The notes below the pieces were generated by a model. That model was not told where the DNA came from and searched no databases. It saw only the letters and a list, made by a program, of their open reading frames with translations. This document shows, piece by piece, positions 18,033 to 28,684 of a stretch of 64,000 nt of DNA. The stretch comes from an uncultured virus (IMG/VR IMGVR_UViG_3300024518_006364) (Duplodnaviria; Heunggongvirae; Uroviricota; Caudoviricetes). The stretch lies in IMG/VR virus record IMGVR_UViG_3300024518_006364. One strand, 5' to 3'. Numbering within the stretch: the first letter of the stretch is position 1; each line of letters begins with the position of its first letter. The position numbers and the translations under genes are program-made.

Positions 18033-18587
18033 ATGATCCGATTCATGGTCGAGGCCAGGTGCTCGTGCTGCGGACTGAAGTGCATGGCCTGGCACGACGA
18101 GAAAGAGCCCATGTGCTTCGTGTGCTGGGGTAAACGCTACCTGCACGTCGATGGCTTCCTCGCAACGTTCAACCCAGCCGACAATGAAGCCATGAAGATC
18201 GTGGAAAAGATAGGACGTGCCGAGGTGGCGGAATTGGTAGACGCGCCGGACTCAAAACCCGGTGACCCAGGTCGTGAGGGTTCGAGCCCCTCTCTCGGTA
18301 CCAACATCCTTGTGCTCCTCCTGAAGAAGGAGAGCGTCTATACCTTGGCAGCGATTGCCCAGTTGCTGGGGCTCAAGACTATCAACGTGTACCCCGGCTA
18401 CTGTGCCGTCCACGCTGGAAAGCACACCGTCTTCCTGATGACAATGGACTACGTCATGCTGCCCGACATCGCCCACGGTGTCTCCATGGACGCAGCCATC
18501 GTCGTGGGGAAAATGCACCCGGACGCCGACAAGTTCGTTGACGCGTGCTTAGTCAACACGAGGACACCGATCATTCTGAAACTGTGA
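18033..18587 (+). CDS. Hypothetical protein whose frame spans tRNA-Leu(CAA)
   Basis: GGAGG with ATG at 18033; CSCC..CFVC; no stop codon through the tRNA. Confidence 0.5.
   Translation: MIRFMVEARCSCCGLKCMAWHDEKEPMCFVCWGKRYLHVDGFLATFNPADNEAMKIVEKIGRAEVAELVDAPDSKPGDPGREGSSPSLGTNILVLLLKKESVYTLAAIAQLLGLKTINVYPGYCAVHAGKHTVFLMTMDYVMLPDIAHGVSMDAAIVVGKMHPDADKFVDACLVNTRTPIILKL
18219..18303 (+). tRNA. tRNA-Leu(CAA)
   Basis: Loop CTCAAAA; long variable arm; CCA end. Confidence 0.88.
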
Positions 18588-18591
18588 GCAC

Positions 18592-18665
18592 GGGCGCGTA
18601 GCTCAAATGGATAGAGCACCGGACTTCTAATCCGGCGGTTGAGAGTTCGAGTCTCTCCGCGCCCA
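18592..18665 (+). tRNA. tRNA-Arg(TCT), CCA not encoded
   Basis: CCGGA-CTTCTAA-TCCGG. Confidence 0.92.
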
Positions 18666-18693
18666 CGCACAGCACTAACCCCGAAGGGAGTGT

Positions 18694-18770
18694 GGGCGCT
18701 TAGGCCACTTGGTAGAGCCGGGGGACTTAAAATCCCCGTGTGCCGGGTTCGACTCCCGGAGCGCCTACCA
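18694..18770 (+). tRNA. tRNA with Leu(TAA) anticodon but short variable loop
   Basis: GGGGA-CTTAAAA-TCCCC; 5-nt variable loop; CCA end. Confidence 0.85.
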
Positions 18771-18808
18771 CCATTCCCCGAACCAATCCCCGAACTGGAG
18801 TATTTGCA

Positions 18809-19939
18809 GTGACACAAAGAAAGATCACCGTCATCACGCACGGCGACATGGACGGCCGTGCCTGCGCCGTCATCGCCGAAGAGTTCTTCACCGACGCGAA
18901 GGTCACCGTCTCCTACGTCGGTTACACGGGTCTCTCCGAGGCCATTACCAACGCGCTCGCTGCCTCCGGGTGGGACGAGCTCTGGATCACGGACCTGGGC
19001 CCCGATGCCAACACCCTGATCAAGATCGACTCGGCTAGCGCCGAAGGCAGACAGGTCTACGTGTGCGATCACCACAAGACCTCGCGCGAACGTGAGCGCT
19101 TGTACCCGTGGTTCTTCTTCGATGAGAACCTGTGTGGCGCCCAGGTCTTCGCCAAGGCGCTGAAGATGGACCACGAGACTCCGTTCCTCAAGGCAGTACA
19201 GGCCTGGGACTGCTGGCTCACACACAACCCTGACGGAACGCCCCACGAGTGGCGTTACACGGGCGAGATGCTGAATCGCTACTGCCTGTGGCTCGGGAGC
19301 CACAAGTTCGTCAGCTTCGCCAAGCGCTTTCACCTCAACAGCCTGGACCTTGACGGCTACTCGCCGGACAAGTTTCTCGAGGCCTGCGGCGTGGAAGCCC
19401 TCCAAACGATGACGATGCTGGTGGACAAGGAGGAGCAGAACGTCAGGCGACTGGCGTCGCGTTGCACCAAGCGCACGGGCCCTGATGGGCTTGATTTCGC
19501 CTTCGTCGTCGCCACCAAGAACATCGGCCAGCTCGGCGAGTACCTGCACCAAGGACTGACCGAGCGCGTCGTGGTCAAGGAGACGGTGGTCGCCGGGGTC
19601 GAAGAGGGGGCGGTGGTAGGCACAACACCTCCCATTCCCTCCTACGACCATGTCCCGCGTCCCGCGGAGGAGATCGACCAGCACCTCAAGCACCTGGAGG
19701 GGTGTCAGTATCTCTTGGCCCTCAACCTCGAGTACGGGCAGTGTGCGTTGCGCCGTATCGGTACCTTCGACGTGTCCGACATCGCACGGAAGCATGGTGG
19801 TGGAGGCCATGCGGGGGCCGCGGGCTTTCAGTTGCGGGGCAACTGGCAGATGTGGCTGGGTGACTGGCTCTGGACGATGATCCAGGCCAACGAGAAGCAG
19901 CCGGGGTACCAGGAGTATGCGAGGTACCTCGATGAATGA
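18809..19939 (+). CDS. DHH/DHHA1 phosphoesterase (NrnB/oligoribonuclease-like)
   Basis: Motifs THGDMDG, ITDL, CDHH and GGGGHAGAAG. Confidence 0.88.
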   Translation: MTQRKITVITHGDMDGRACAVIAEEFFTDAKVTVSYVGYTGLSEAITNALAASGWDELWITDLGPDANTLIKIDSASAEGRQVYVCDHHKTSRERERLYPWFFFDENLCGAQVFAKALKMDHETPFLKAVQAWDCWLTHNPDGTPHEWRYTGEMLNRYCLWLGSHKFVSFAKRFHLNSLDLDGYSPDKFLEACGVEALQTMTMLVDKEEQNVRRLASRCTKRTGPDGLDFAFVVATKNIGQLGEYLHQGLTERVVVKETVVAGVEEGAVVGTTPPIPSYDHVPRPAEEIDQHLKHLEGCQYLLALNLEYGQCALRRIGTFDVSDIARKHGGGGHAGAAGFQLRGNWQMWLGDWLWTMIQANEKQPGYQEYARYLDE

Positions 19940-20366
19940 TCACAGCAGACTCGAAGCCGTTCTCCTGGCCTGCCTGGAGGATGGAAAGAGCTCGGTGAAG
20001 GAGCTTCTTTCCAACAACGGGGGATTGCGGAAGCACGAGGACACCTACGTTGAGCGCACTCTGCACGACATGGTGGACAAGCACTGGCTCACCTCCCACG
20101 GGCAGCGCCCATTCAAGTTCGCCATCACTGCCAAGGGGAAGAAACAGCTCCAGAGGTATGCCAAGGCAGAAATGGACCGCATCTTGGCGCCTGTGGCCAC
20201 TCTGCACATCACCATCACTTCCAACAGGCGCAACATGAGCCACGAGGAAGTGTCAGCATGGGCGGCGCACTACAAGCCGATGTTGATGGCTGCGCGCCAG
20301 GACGGAGACATGCAGGAATGGCGCATCTCCAATGAGGTGCCGCTGGGCGGAGGGAGTTTCGGATGA
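19932..20366 (+). CDS. Winged-helix DNA-binding protein
   Basis: YVERTL..W..RPFKFAITAKG pattern; paralog at 35349. Confidence 0.6.
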   Translation: MNDHSRLEAVLLACLEDGKSSVKELLSNNGGLRKHEDTYVERTLHDMVDKHWLTSHGQRPFKFAITAKGKKQLQRYAKAEMDRILAPVATLHITITSNRRNMSHEEVSAWAAHYKPMLMAARQDGDMQEWRISNEVPLGGGSFG

Positions 20367-23026
20367 TCGATCACGTCTACATCCTCGAATACGACACCAA
20401 GCATGGAACCGACATCAGCGCCTACATCACAGAAAAGGCCCTACGAGAGGGGATGAACGAAATCATCGAAGAGTGGGCCGCTGACTTCGAGATCCCGTGC
20501 TGTTACACATTCGAATACATGGCCCAAAACTGGACCGAGTTCTCTGGGGAGACCGAGTACTTCCGCACTGACAAGATCGTTGTGCACAAGGAGAATCCGT
20601 TCCCCCTCGCTGACGACGTGCAGGAGATCATCGACAGGTTCGAGACCTGCGGCCTCGTCACCGCGCTCTCGCGGATGGTGTGTGACACCATGGCCGACGA
20701 AGCCGAGAACATCAACGAGAGTGGCCTGGCCGAACAACTGGAGCATCTGCGTGCGTGTGGCAGGAGTTTCCCGTTGCTCAAGAGGTCACTGGAAGAGGTG
20801 TGGGAGATCGAGCTCAAGGAGGAGAAAGACGATGCCTGAATACGACGACGGTTCCTGGCTCGTCCTGACCAAACAGAAGGGCGCTAGCCGCATTCACCAC
20901 GAAACCCACGTCGCTGAGCACACAGCACGACAGCAGTTGGCGTTCCTCAAGGAGGAGTTCCCTGGCGCCAAGACGGCCATCTTCAACACCTCACGCCTTC
21001 TGCGCCTCTTCAATGGCGACACCGAGGTGTGGCGCGAGATGCACCCACCCTTCGAGCCGGAGATGATCAAGGAGATCGGAGCCAACATTGGCAGCTACGG
21101 TTTGGCACTCGAAGGAATTTCCGGTGCGGACATCGCCCAGCTTGCCAATACCGCCCTGACGCTGCTGGAGCAGCGGGAGCAGCGGGAGGACGAGGATGAA
21201 ACAACTGGTTAGCGTCGATGCGAGCATCCTCTCCATCCCCCACCTCTGCCAACAACAGAACTGCATCCACCAGGAGCGCTGTCCCTTCGGCAGCTTTTCG
21301 CCCACCCAGCGTGAGTGGGAGCCCTCCTACCGCCTGGTGGCGGAGACCGTGGGCCCCGAGACAAGCCTGGTGGTCAAGTGCCGTACTTGCCAGGCAGTGT
21401 CCAATCTCCAGGAATATCGTGAGCACTGGAACACGGTACGTGCGTGGGCGCATGACGCCCTCAAGATACTCCAGGTCTTTCAGATCGACGACCCGGTGCT
21501 GACCATCAAGGCGCTCCAGGAACACCCCAACATCCTCTCGGCCCAAAGAGCCGCTGACCTGTTGACCATCGTGGACAACGAGGGGCACATGTACAGCATG
21601 TCGATCTTCGAGATCATGAGTGAGGAACATGTGAACCGATCGTGGAGGGATCATGGTTGACGACTGGTGGACAGCTCACAAATTCCCCATCCTCCTCGAC
21701 ATCGCCATGGCCGCATTCTTCATCGGCAGCAGCATGCTCGCTACCATCTGGGGAGGCATCGCCATCTATCGCCGCAGGAAACGGAAAATGGAAGATTTCG
21801 CCTTGGGGCCCTGCTGGGATCCACCGAGAAAGGAGGACATGGTGCGCGAGTGCTCCGATTGCTTGTTTACAGACGAGTGTCCGTTGAATAGGAGGTGACA
21901 TGAGCAAAAAGATCGAGATCGCCGTCATCGCCGCAATTCTGATCCTCTGCACCTGTCTCTTCTTCGCCCTGAGATCGGCGTGTTCGGCCTTCAACGAGAT
22001 CCAGAAGAGCGACGTGAGCATCGTCGACGACGCGGCCAAGGGCATCGGCGAGTTCATCGGCAACGTCGAAAAAGCCGCTGAAGGTGTGAAGGGGGAAAAA
22101 CCAGATGGCTAACAAGGAATACCCGGTTTGTGCCAACTTCAATTCGGAATCGTGCCCGAGGACGGACGATACTTCCTGCGACAATGCGATCGAGGCCATG
22201 CCAGAGGGTTGTGACCAGTTCGAGATCAACGTCCAGGCGTCTCTCGATCGGATGGCTGCACAGAGCAGCGATGAAATGCCGTGTCTGCGTCTCATCCTCG
22301 ATGTCGAGTACGAGCTCAACGGCGAGTCCCTCGACAACTTGAAGCGCAACCTGGAACAGATGGTGGTGTATGCCATGAATGCAGGGAACATCACCAGAGA
22401 TGGTCCCGCGACTGTGGAGAAACATTCCATCCTGGTAATCGCGGGGCCGCCATGACCAGCTATGAAAAACGGCTCGCCGCCCAACTGCTGAACAAAGCCG
22501 CCGACGAGTTTGCCAACCACGGGTGCAACGACTTTCCGCTGGACAACAACGAGGTCACGCGCGCTCTCTACATCGCCCATCTGCATGGTGACTGCGAAAC
22601 CCCCGAGACGGAGGGAACGTCTCTCTGCTTCGAGGACTGGCTGCTGATGCGACACCTGGCCGACAAACTGATGACCGAGGTACTGACGGAGGAGGGAGAA
22701 TGAACGTCGTCTGTCCCAAGTGCAATGCTCTCTTCAGCATCAAGAACGTCTGTGGTGTCTGCAACGAGCCACTGGCACTCGTGGAGACATTCGCTGCTAC
22801 GAATCCGATCACCGAGGAGGCCGTGGACTGCTTTCGCTCCTTCAATTCCATCTTGGCAGGGGAGCTGCGTGCTGCCAGGGAACTCTTCGAAGAGCTGCAC
22901 AAGAAGTGGTACCACCGCGTCTTCCACACCTACCCGCACGAGCGCGCCTGGGACAGAGTCATCTGGCTCGAACGCATGGCCATCCATGTCCACGATGTGT
23001 TGAAGAGCAGAGGAGTAGACCCATAA
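20363..23026 (+). other. Run of coupled short hypothetical CDSs (e.g. 20363-20839, 20832-21212, 21196-21660, 21653-21898, 21900-22112, 22105-22455, 22452-22703, 22700-23026)
   Basis: Overlapping starts and stops with RBSs; two have N-terminal hydrophobic helices. Confidence 0.6.
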
Positions 23027-23661
23027 TGGATGCCACAGCCAAACGCGTCTATTTCGAGTTCCAGATCCAAGCGGGAGAGTCGACGTGTGTCTCCCTCATC
23101 GCGTCCAACTTGCCCGACCTATCCGAGTATCGTATTCGCTGTGCCATCAAACGCCTCGTGCGTGACAAACATTTGCGGGAGGTGGAAAAGCATCCCACGA
23201 TTAAGGGTCAGTCCAAGGAACCCTTCTACTACGACGCACATGCTTGTCTCCAGTGTGGTGCTTGTTGCAAGGCATCCGTCATCGTTCGGTTAGAACCGTT
23301 CGATCAGACGCCTTCGGCGTATACCAAGCCACGGCGTCTCCTTATAAAGGGGACATATCATGTCATGCGCTCGAAGAACGGCTGCTGCATCCTCCACGAT
23401 CCCAAGACGCACAAGTGTGCGTTCTTCAATGAACCCGAGATGCCCTGGCACTGCCGCAACTTCGTGGCAGGAGATCGGAACCCACAGTGCACCCACTTCC
23501 GCCGCCTGCTCCGGATTCCTGGTGGCTACAAGACCTACTACGCGGCCTCGGAAAAGCGGAAAGCACGTCTTCGCAAGAAGTGGGGCAACAAAAAGCTAAC
23601 CATCGGCCCGGCCAATCTTGTAGAGGACACAGGAATGGGATTGGCCAAGAAGGAGGACTGA
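23026..23661 (+). CDS. YkgJ-like CxxCxxCC zinc/iron-chelating domain protein
   Basis: CLQCGACC..CCILHD..C..P..CRNF. Confidence 0.7.
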   Translation: MDATAKRVYFEFQIQAGESTCVSLIASNLPDLSEYRIRCAIKRLVRDKHLREVEKHPTIKGQSKEPFYYDAHACLQCGACCKASVIVRLEPFDQTPSAYTKPRRLLIKGTYHVMRSKNGCCILHDPKTHKCAFFNEPEMPWHCRNFVAGDRNPQCTHFRRLLRIPGGYKTYYAASEKRKARLRKKWGNKKLTIGPANLVEDTGMGLAKKED

Positions 23662-23663
23662 CC

Positions 23664-23909
23664 ATGATGAACCGAAACGAAGAGTGCGACGAACTGATGG
23701 GCTTCTTCGAGTACGCGCACCTGTCCCCCGAGCTACAAACGATCAGCAAGCCGTTCGGGGAGCTGGCGACGCGGCTCTACGACACTCTGCCCAGATCGAT
23801 GCAGCTTCAGCAGGGCCTCCAGCATCTGCTCGCGGCCAAGGACTGCTGCGTGCGGGCACGGCTGCGCGCCAAGCAGGTCGCCGACGAGCTGGCCGAGAAG
23901 GTGGAGTAG
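23664..23909 (+). CDS. Small helical-hairpin phage protein, possibly Acb2/Tad1-like
   Basis: FFEYAHL..LQ..SKPF..LA..LP..GL..LL.AKDCCVRA pattern. Confidence 0.45.
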   Translation: MMNRNEECDELMGFFEYAHLSPELQTISKPFGELATRLYDTLPRSMQLQQGLQHLLAAKDCCVRARLRAKQVADELAEKVE

Positions 23910-24360
23910 ACGATGCCCAAGATGATCGTGACAGGAGAATTCCAGGTCCTCGTGTCCTCAACGATGACGCCCGAGGAGATCGACCACGAGGCAGCCAAGT
24001 GTCTCCATCAAGCTGTGTCCTTCCTCCGTGGCCGCAGGAAGCTCCGTGTGCTCAAGGCGGGCGAGCGGATCTACTCTGGCCATGTGGTGAAGCCATGACC
24101 ATGGAACCAATCGTCCTGAATCCCACGACGGGCGAGAAGCTGGTCGAATACCCCAACACCAACACCAAAGAGGACAACGTGCTTGGGAGAAATGCCATCG
24201 GTCTCCACGACGTGTGCACGGGGTGGATCGACTACATGGAAGTCTCGGATACCCACGCTGTCATAAAGTGCCGCCACTGTGGCCTGCGCATCTATATCGA
24301 GTGTTGCATCACGACCTTCGGGGAGCTGCGAGGGTACCTGGCGGCACGGTACAAATAGAG

Positions 24361-24389
24361 TTGACTGCCAATGGCAGCCACTATAGGTT
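24361..24389 (+). promoter_or_regulatory. Sigma70-like promoter with related GCCAATGGC operator
   Basis: TTGACT-N17-TAGGTT; palindrome CTGCCA-A-TGGCAG. Confidence 0.6.
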
Positions 24390-24404
24390 GAGGCAGGAGG
24401 TACA

Positions 24405-24985
24405 ATGAAAATAACAGATGACATGCCCTTCGTAGTCGTGCACCCACACAACGGCGAGACCTTGATGGGGTGGGTGGCCGAGGACTTCCACCATGAGAAC
24501 GAGGTGGTGGTGGGCGTGCCGATTACCATGTTCAACGTGCGCACGCTCAAGATCTCACTGGAGATTGATCCTGCCACCCAGCAGGTGATGCGCGGCGCAA
24601 TGGTGGGCCACATCGACATGCTCACAGGGCCAGCAGAGGTCCTTGACGTCATTCCCACCGCGTTCTACGAGCCCAAGGGGGATGATGCCAAGAGGCTTCT
24701 CGCCATGATCGAGATCGTCAAGGAAACCGAAGAGACATCGTCGGCTCGAGAGGCCGGTATCTGGACTCCAACCCGTAACCTGGGAAGCTGATGGAACCAT
24801 TCGTCACATTCGAATTCGAAAACCCCAACGACGACGACGAAGCTGTCGAGACTGACAAAGCCCGGTTGCTCCTCATCCATGATGACGAGTACTGGGTCCC
24901 CTTGTCCGTCATCGAAGAAATCGACAACGACGCCCTGACGGTGGACATCCACACGTGGTGGGCGGCCGACAAGGGGCTCACCTAA
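24405..24985 (+). other. Two hypothetical CDSs (24405-24791, 24791-24985)
   Basis: AGGAGG RBS; TGATG coupling. Confidence 0.6.
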
Positions 24986-25001
24986 ACGCCGAGAGGCTAC
25001 C

Positions 25002-25595
25002 ATGCAAAAAAGGAAGATAGGGGAACAGGACCTGGGTCGCCTGTTCTTCACCGCTGACCTGCATCTGGGACACGCCAACATCTTGAAGCCCGACTACGCT
25101 GACCGCCCCTGGGACGATGTCGAGGCCATGGACAAGGGCCTGATCGAGGCCTGGAATGCAAAGGTTCCCGAAGAGGGAATCGTGGTCGTCGCTGGCGACC
25201 TGTTCTGGGACGGGCGCCGTGCCCAAGAGTATCTGAAGCAGCTCAACGGACGAATCATCTACGTACTCGGAGACCACGGGGACAAAGTGAACGAAGCGCT
25301 CTTCGAGAGTGTTTACCATCTGTTGTGGCTGAAGATGCCTGGAGACAGGCCCGGCATCTTTGTGAATCACTGGGCCCAGCGACGCTGGCCCAAGGCCCAC
25401 TACGGTTCGTGGCATCTGTTCGGCCATTCACATGGAGAGCTCCCGCCTTGGGGGCGCTCATTCGACTGTGGTGTCGACGACATGAAGGGCGACTACGCTC
25501 CGTTGACCTACTACGAGGTAGCAATGCGGATTGCTGGCATCGAGCAGTCGCCCATGTTCGAGGAAACCACGCATCACGGGAAACGGGGAACGTGA
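25002..25595 (+). CDS. Calcineurin-like metallophosphoesterase
   Basis: Motifs ADLHLGH, AGD, LGDH, NH and GHSH. Confidence 0.88.
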   Translation: MQKRKIGEQDLGRLFFTADLHLGHANILKPDYADRPWDDVEAMDKGLIEAWNAKVPEEGIVVVAGDLFWDGRRAQEYLKQLNGRIIYVLGDHGDKVNEALFESVYHLLWLKMPGDRPGIFVNHWAQRRWPKAHYGSWHLFGHSHGELPPWGRSFDCGVDDMKGDYAPLTYYEVAMRIAGIEQSPMFEETTHHGKRGT

Positions 25596-25821
25596 GAGGA
25601 CTGACACTGTCCGCAGCACACGAGCTGCTGCGAGGAGGAAGAATGGGTCTGCACCGTATCGTTCGCAGTGACGAGGAAATCAATGACCTCCTGAACGAAG
25701 CCGCCCTCAACGTTGACGCCGGAACGCCCAAGTTCCCAGGCATGTCCTACGAGGAGGGCGTCCAGGCGGCCATCAACTGGCTGACAGGCGCCGACGACAG
25801 CAATCCGATGAGCAACGACTG

Positions 25822-26019
25822 ATGGCCTACATCGTACGCAAGCAGGGCAACGCCAACCGAGAACTCGCCCTCTGGGAAGTGAGCAGAGTGTGTACCCTGT
25901 ACAGCCGCGGCCTCTCCATCGAGAGCGTGGCCAGGAAGACCGGAATATCTCGCACCCTCGTCGCGCGCATCCTCAAGGAGGAGGGCGAGGGGACGAGGAA
26001 GAAGGGAGAGGCAGCGTGA
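25822..26019 (+). CDS. Small HTH protein
   Basis: LYSRGLSIESVARKTGISRTLVARIL. Confidence 0.65.
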   Translation: MAYIVRKQGNANRELALWEVSRVCTLYSRGLSIESVARKTGISRTLVARILKEEGEGTRKKGEAA

Positions 26020-27300
26020 GCGTCATCGGTAAGGACGTCATTGCAATGGGTGAGTCCTTCATCCGCACAGAGAAGTGGTATTCCCTCGAAGAACTGATGA
26101 AGGAGCACTTCCCCACCGAAGATCCCAAGAAGATCCTCCCCATGCTCCAGAAGCTCATGGCCAGTGGCAACGAAAAACACGCCGTGCGCCTTTGGCACGT
26201 GTACGACAACTACGACCCGATCAGGATAATGGCGGAGGGGGTGGGCAACCTGTTCATCAAGGCGGCCATTGCGCTCGGCGTCATCGGGGGCATCGTGTTT
26301 CTGGGGTGGCTCATCTTCGCGTAGGAAGGGATAACATGGACGACATACGCTCTGTCCGCTGTCCGCGCTGTGGTGCCAGTGCGCACGGGGAATGCGTCAT
26401 GGACGGCACCGAACAGCAGTGCTTTTCCCCCACAGCCAACCTGGTGGGCGCATTCAAGGTGGAGTTCCCCACGGGAACTGTGCACCTGGAGCGCGTGGGT
26501 GCCTATCTCGAGTCCGATCCACACCACTTGGGACAGAGGACCCAGGAGTTGCTCGACCTAATGGGCAAAGTGACGGGAGGATAAATGGTCAGCATCAGCC
26601 GAAAGGAACATACCGAGGCATTCTTCAAGGACCTCGACAAGTACATCACGCGTGCCAAGGACCGTTATCGTGGGTCGCCCTACGACTACGTCTTTGCCAA
26701 TGACGTGCTCGGGCACATCCGGAGCATCGCGACTGACGTTGTGATCGCAGCGCGGCACGGGGCAACGGAGACAGCCATGCGGCGCCTCCGCAAGCAAGGG
26801 CTCCGCGCGTGCACGGCGATCTACTACGTCGTCTTCTTCGCAGAACAATTCACGCCGCGGAGGGGGGCATGAAAGCCCGTCTCGCCCGCATCAGTGCCCG
26901 CGTCCAAGCCCTCGTCCAAGGCCACCTCAATGACTCCATGGCCGACATCCACAGGAGCCTCAGGATGGCCAAGAAGGAAGTCGGCGCCGCTCGCGTGTTC
27001 GTGGAAGACCCGGAGCTCGGGGTGGAGGACATTGTAGATGGCGTGGTCCCGTGCCTCGACGCCATCGAGGGCTACCTGGACAGCGTCATCGACGCAAAAT
27101 AGAGGAGGCCAGATGACCCAGAAGGAAAAACGTCTGGTGAGTATGGCGCTCACCCAGGTCAGGAAGATCTCCAAGCAGGTGGAGAAGCTCGTTGAGGACG
27201 AGGACCCGTATCTGATGGAGATCCTGCTCCCGATCGACCAGGCCCAGGCTGCGGCAAGAGAGGCGCTGGAAGCACTACCATCAATATGAAAGGCAGGAGA

Positions 27301-27807
27301 ATGGAAGATACCCCGGAGACCCTTTCGGACGCCCAGACCCGCGTCGACGCGGGCAAGTACAACCGTGGAGGCATCTCGTGCCCGTGCTGTGGACAGCTCT
27401 GCAAGGTCTACCGGCGCAAACTCAACTCTGCCATGGCAAGATTCTTGATCTGGCTCGCACGCTACACGATGGACCGTGGATACGATCCGAAGGTGGGTGG
27501 GCCGTGGGTCGAGATGGACAAGTTCCCGCGCATTCAGCGTCGGCCTGGTGGTGGTGACTTTGCCAAGCTCAGGTACTGGGGCCTCATCGAGGAGATGGAC
27601 AACAACGACTCCGCGAAGAGGAGCAGCGGGATCTGGCGCATCACACCCGACGGCATGATGTTCGTCCGAGGCCACGGGAGAGTGAAGGAAGCTGCGCTCA
27701 TCTACAACAACGCGTGCATCGGCTTCTCCGTGGAAGAGGTCACCATCCGAGGCGCCCTCGGCACCAAGTTCAACTACGAGTCCCTGTGGAAGAGGGCAGC
27801 AGTGTGA
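27301..27807 (+). CDS. Zinc-ribbon plus winged-helix protein
   Basis: CPCCGQ..KLRYWGLIE..GIWRITPDG. Confidence 0.65.
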   Translation: MEDTPETLSDAQTRVDAGKYNRGGISCPCCGQLCKVYRRKLNSAMARFLIWLARYTMDRGYDPKVGGPWVEMDKFPRIQRRPGGGDFAKLRYWGLIEEMDNNDSAKRSSGIWRITPDGMMFVRGHGRVKEAALIYNNACIGFSVEEVTIRGALGTKFNYESLWKRAAV

Positions 27808-28643
27808 CGCGGAAGCGTCGTCACGCACGCCAGGAGCAACGCCGTGAGGACCAAGCCTGGATGCGCGTCCTGCGCAAGATCTCACGGCTAGAGTTCGATC
27901 CTCGCACCCTCCCCGCAGATATCCGTAGCTTTCCCAAGGCCCTCGAGAAAATGTCGAGCTTGATCGCGGACCCTGCAATGCGCATGCAGTATCGGTCCTA
28001 CATGACCACCGCTGTTGAAGAGGAAGGAGGTGAGGAATTGAGCCGACGCAAACAGCGACGTCGCAAGAAAATGGGAGCGTTCGGTTTCAGAGTCTACAGC
28101 ACTTCGCGCGAGCCTCACCCGGGCCCCAAGACATCAATGCGCCGATCCGTCGTTTACAGTGGCTTCGACCCACAGGCATTCATCAATCTCAGTCAGGCGT
28201 GGGCCAAGGAGGGCGAGGGTGCTTTCCACGTTCGCTATCGCTTCCACGCAGGCCTGACGACCAAGCGGTGCAAGACGATCTGTGGTCTCAAGATCAAGAA
28301 GCCTGTGTTCCGGTTAAGGACTGATTCAGGGCTGGCTATCCCCACGAACAGTATCGCTGTCGACATGTGTGAAGCGTGCTGGATGCAGATGACGCATCAG
28401 CGCCGGACACCTGGGCACGTGCGCGAGGGACACCTCTACTACGAACAGGTCGAGGATAGCCTGGTGGTGGAGGACTTCGATGGGTTGAATGTGTTCTTTT
28501 TCACGCAGCCTGCCACACACCTGTCTCTGCACTCACTCCTGCGTGGTGGTCTAACCGAGCTGTTGCAACAGGTGCCCACGGACCATCTGACCCACCTGAA
28601 CGATCCCTTCCCTTATTCGAGAGGCGTCAAGGGGAAGATTTAG
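27804..28643 (+). CDS. Hypothetical protein with DMCEACW zinc-finger domain
   Basis: FH..TICG..DMCEACW..FFTQP. Confidence 0.55.
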   Translation: MTRKRRHARQEQRREDQAWMRVLRKISRLEFDPRTLPADIRSFPKALEKMSSLIADPAMRMQYRSYMTTAVEEEGGEELSRRKQRRRKKMGAFGFRVYSTSREPHPGPKTSMRRSVVYSGFDPQAFINLSQAWAKEGEGAFHVRYRFHAGLTTKRCKTICGLKIKKPVFRLRTDSGLAIPTNSIAVDMCEACWMQMTHQRRTPGHVREGHLYYEQVEDSLVVEDFDGLNVFFFTQPATHLSLHSLLRGGLTELLQQVPTDHLTHLNDPFPYSRGVKGKI

Positions 28644-28684
28644 TCCGTTTCAGGTAAAAGAACCAGTATTGAAAGGAGGCTTTT

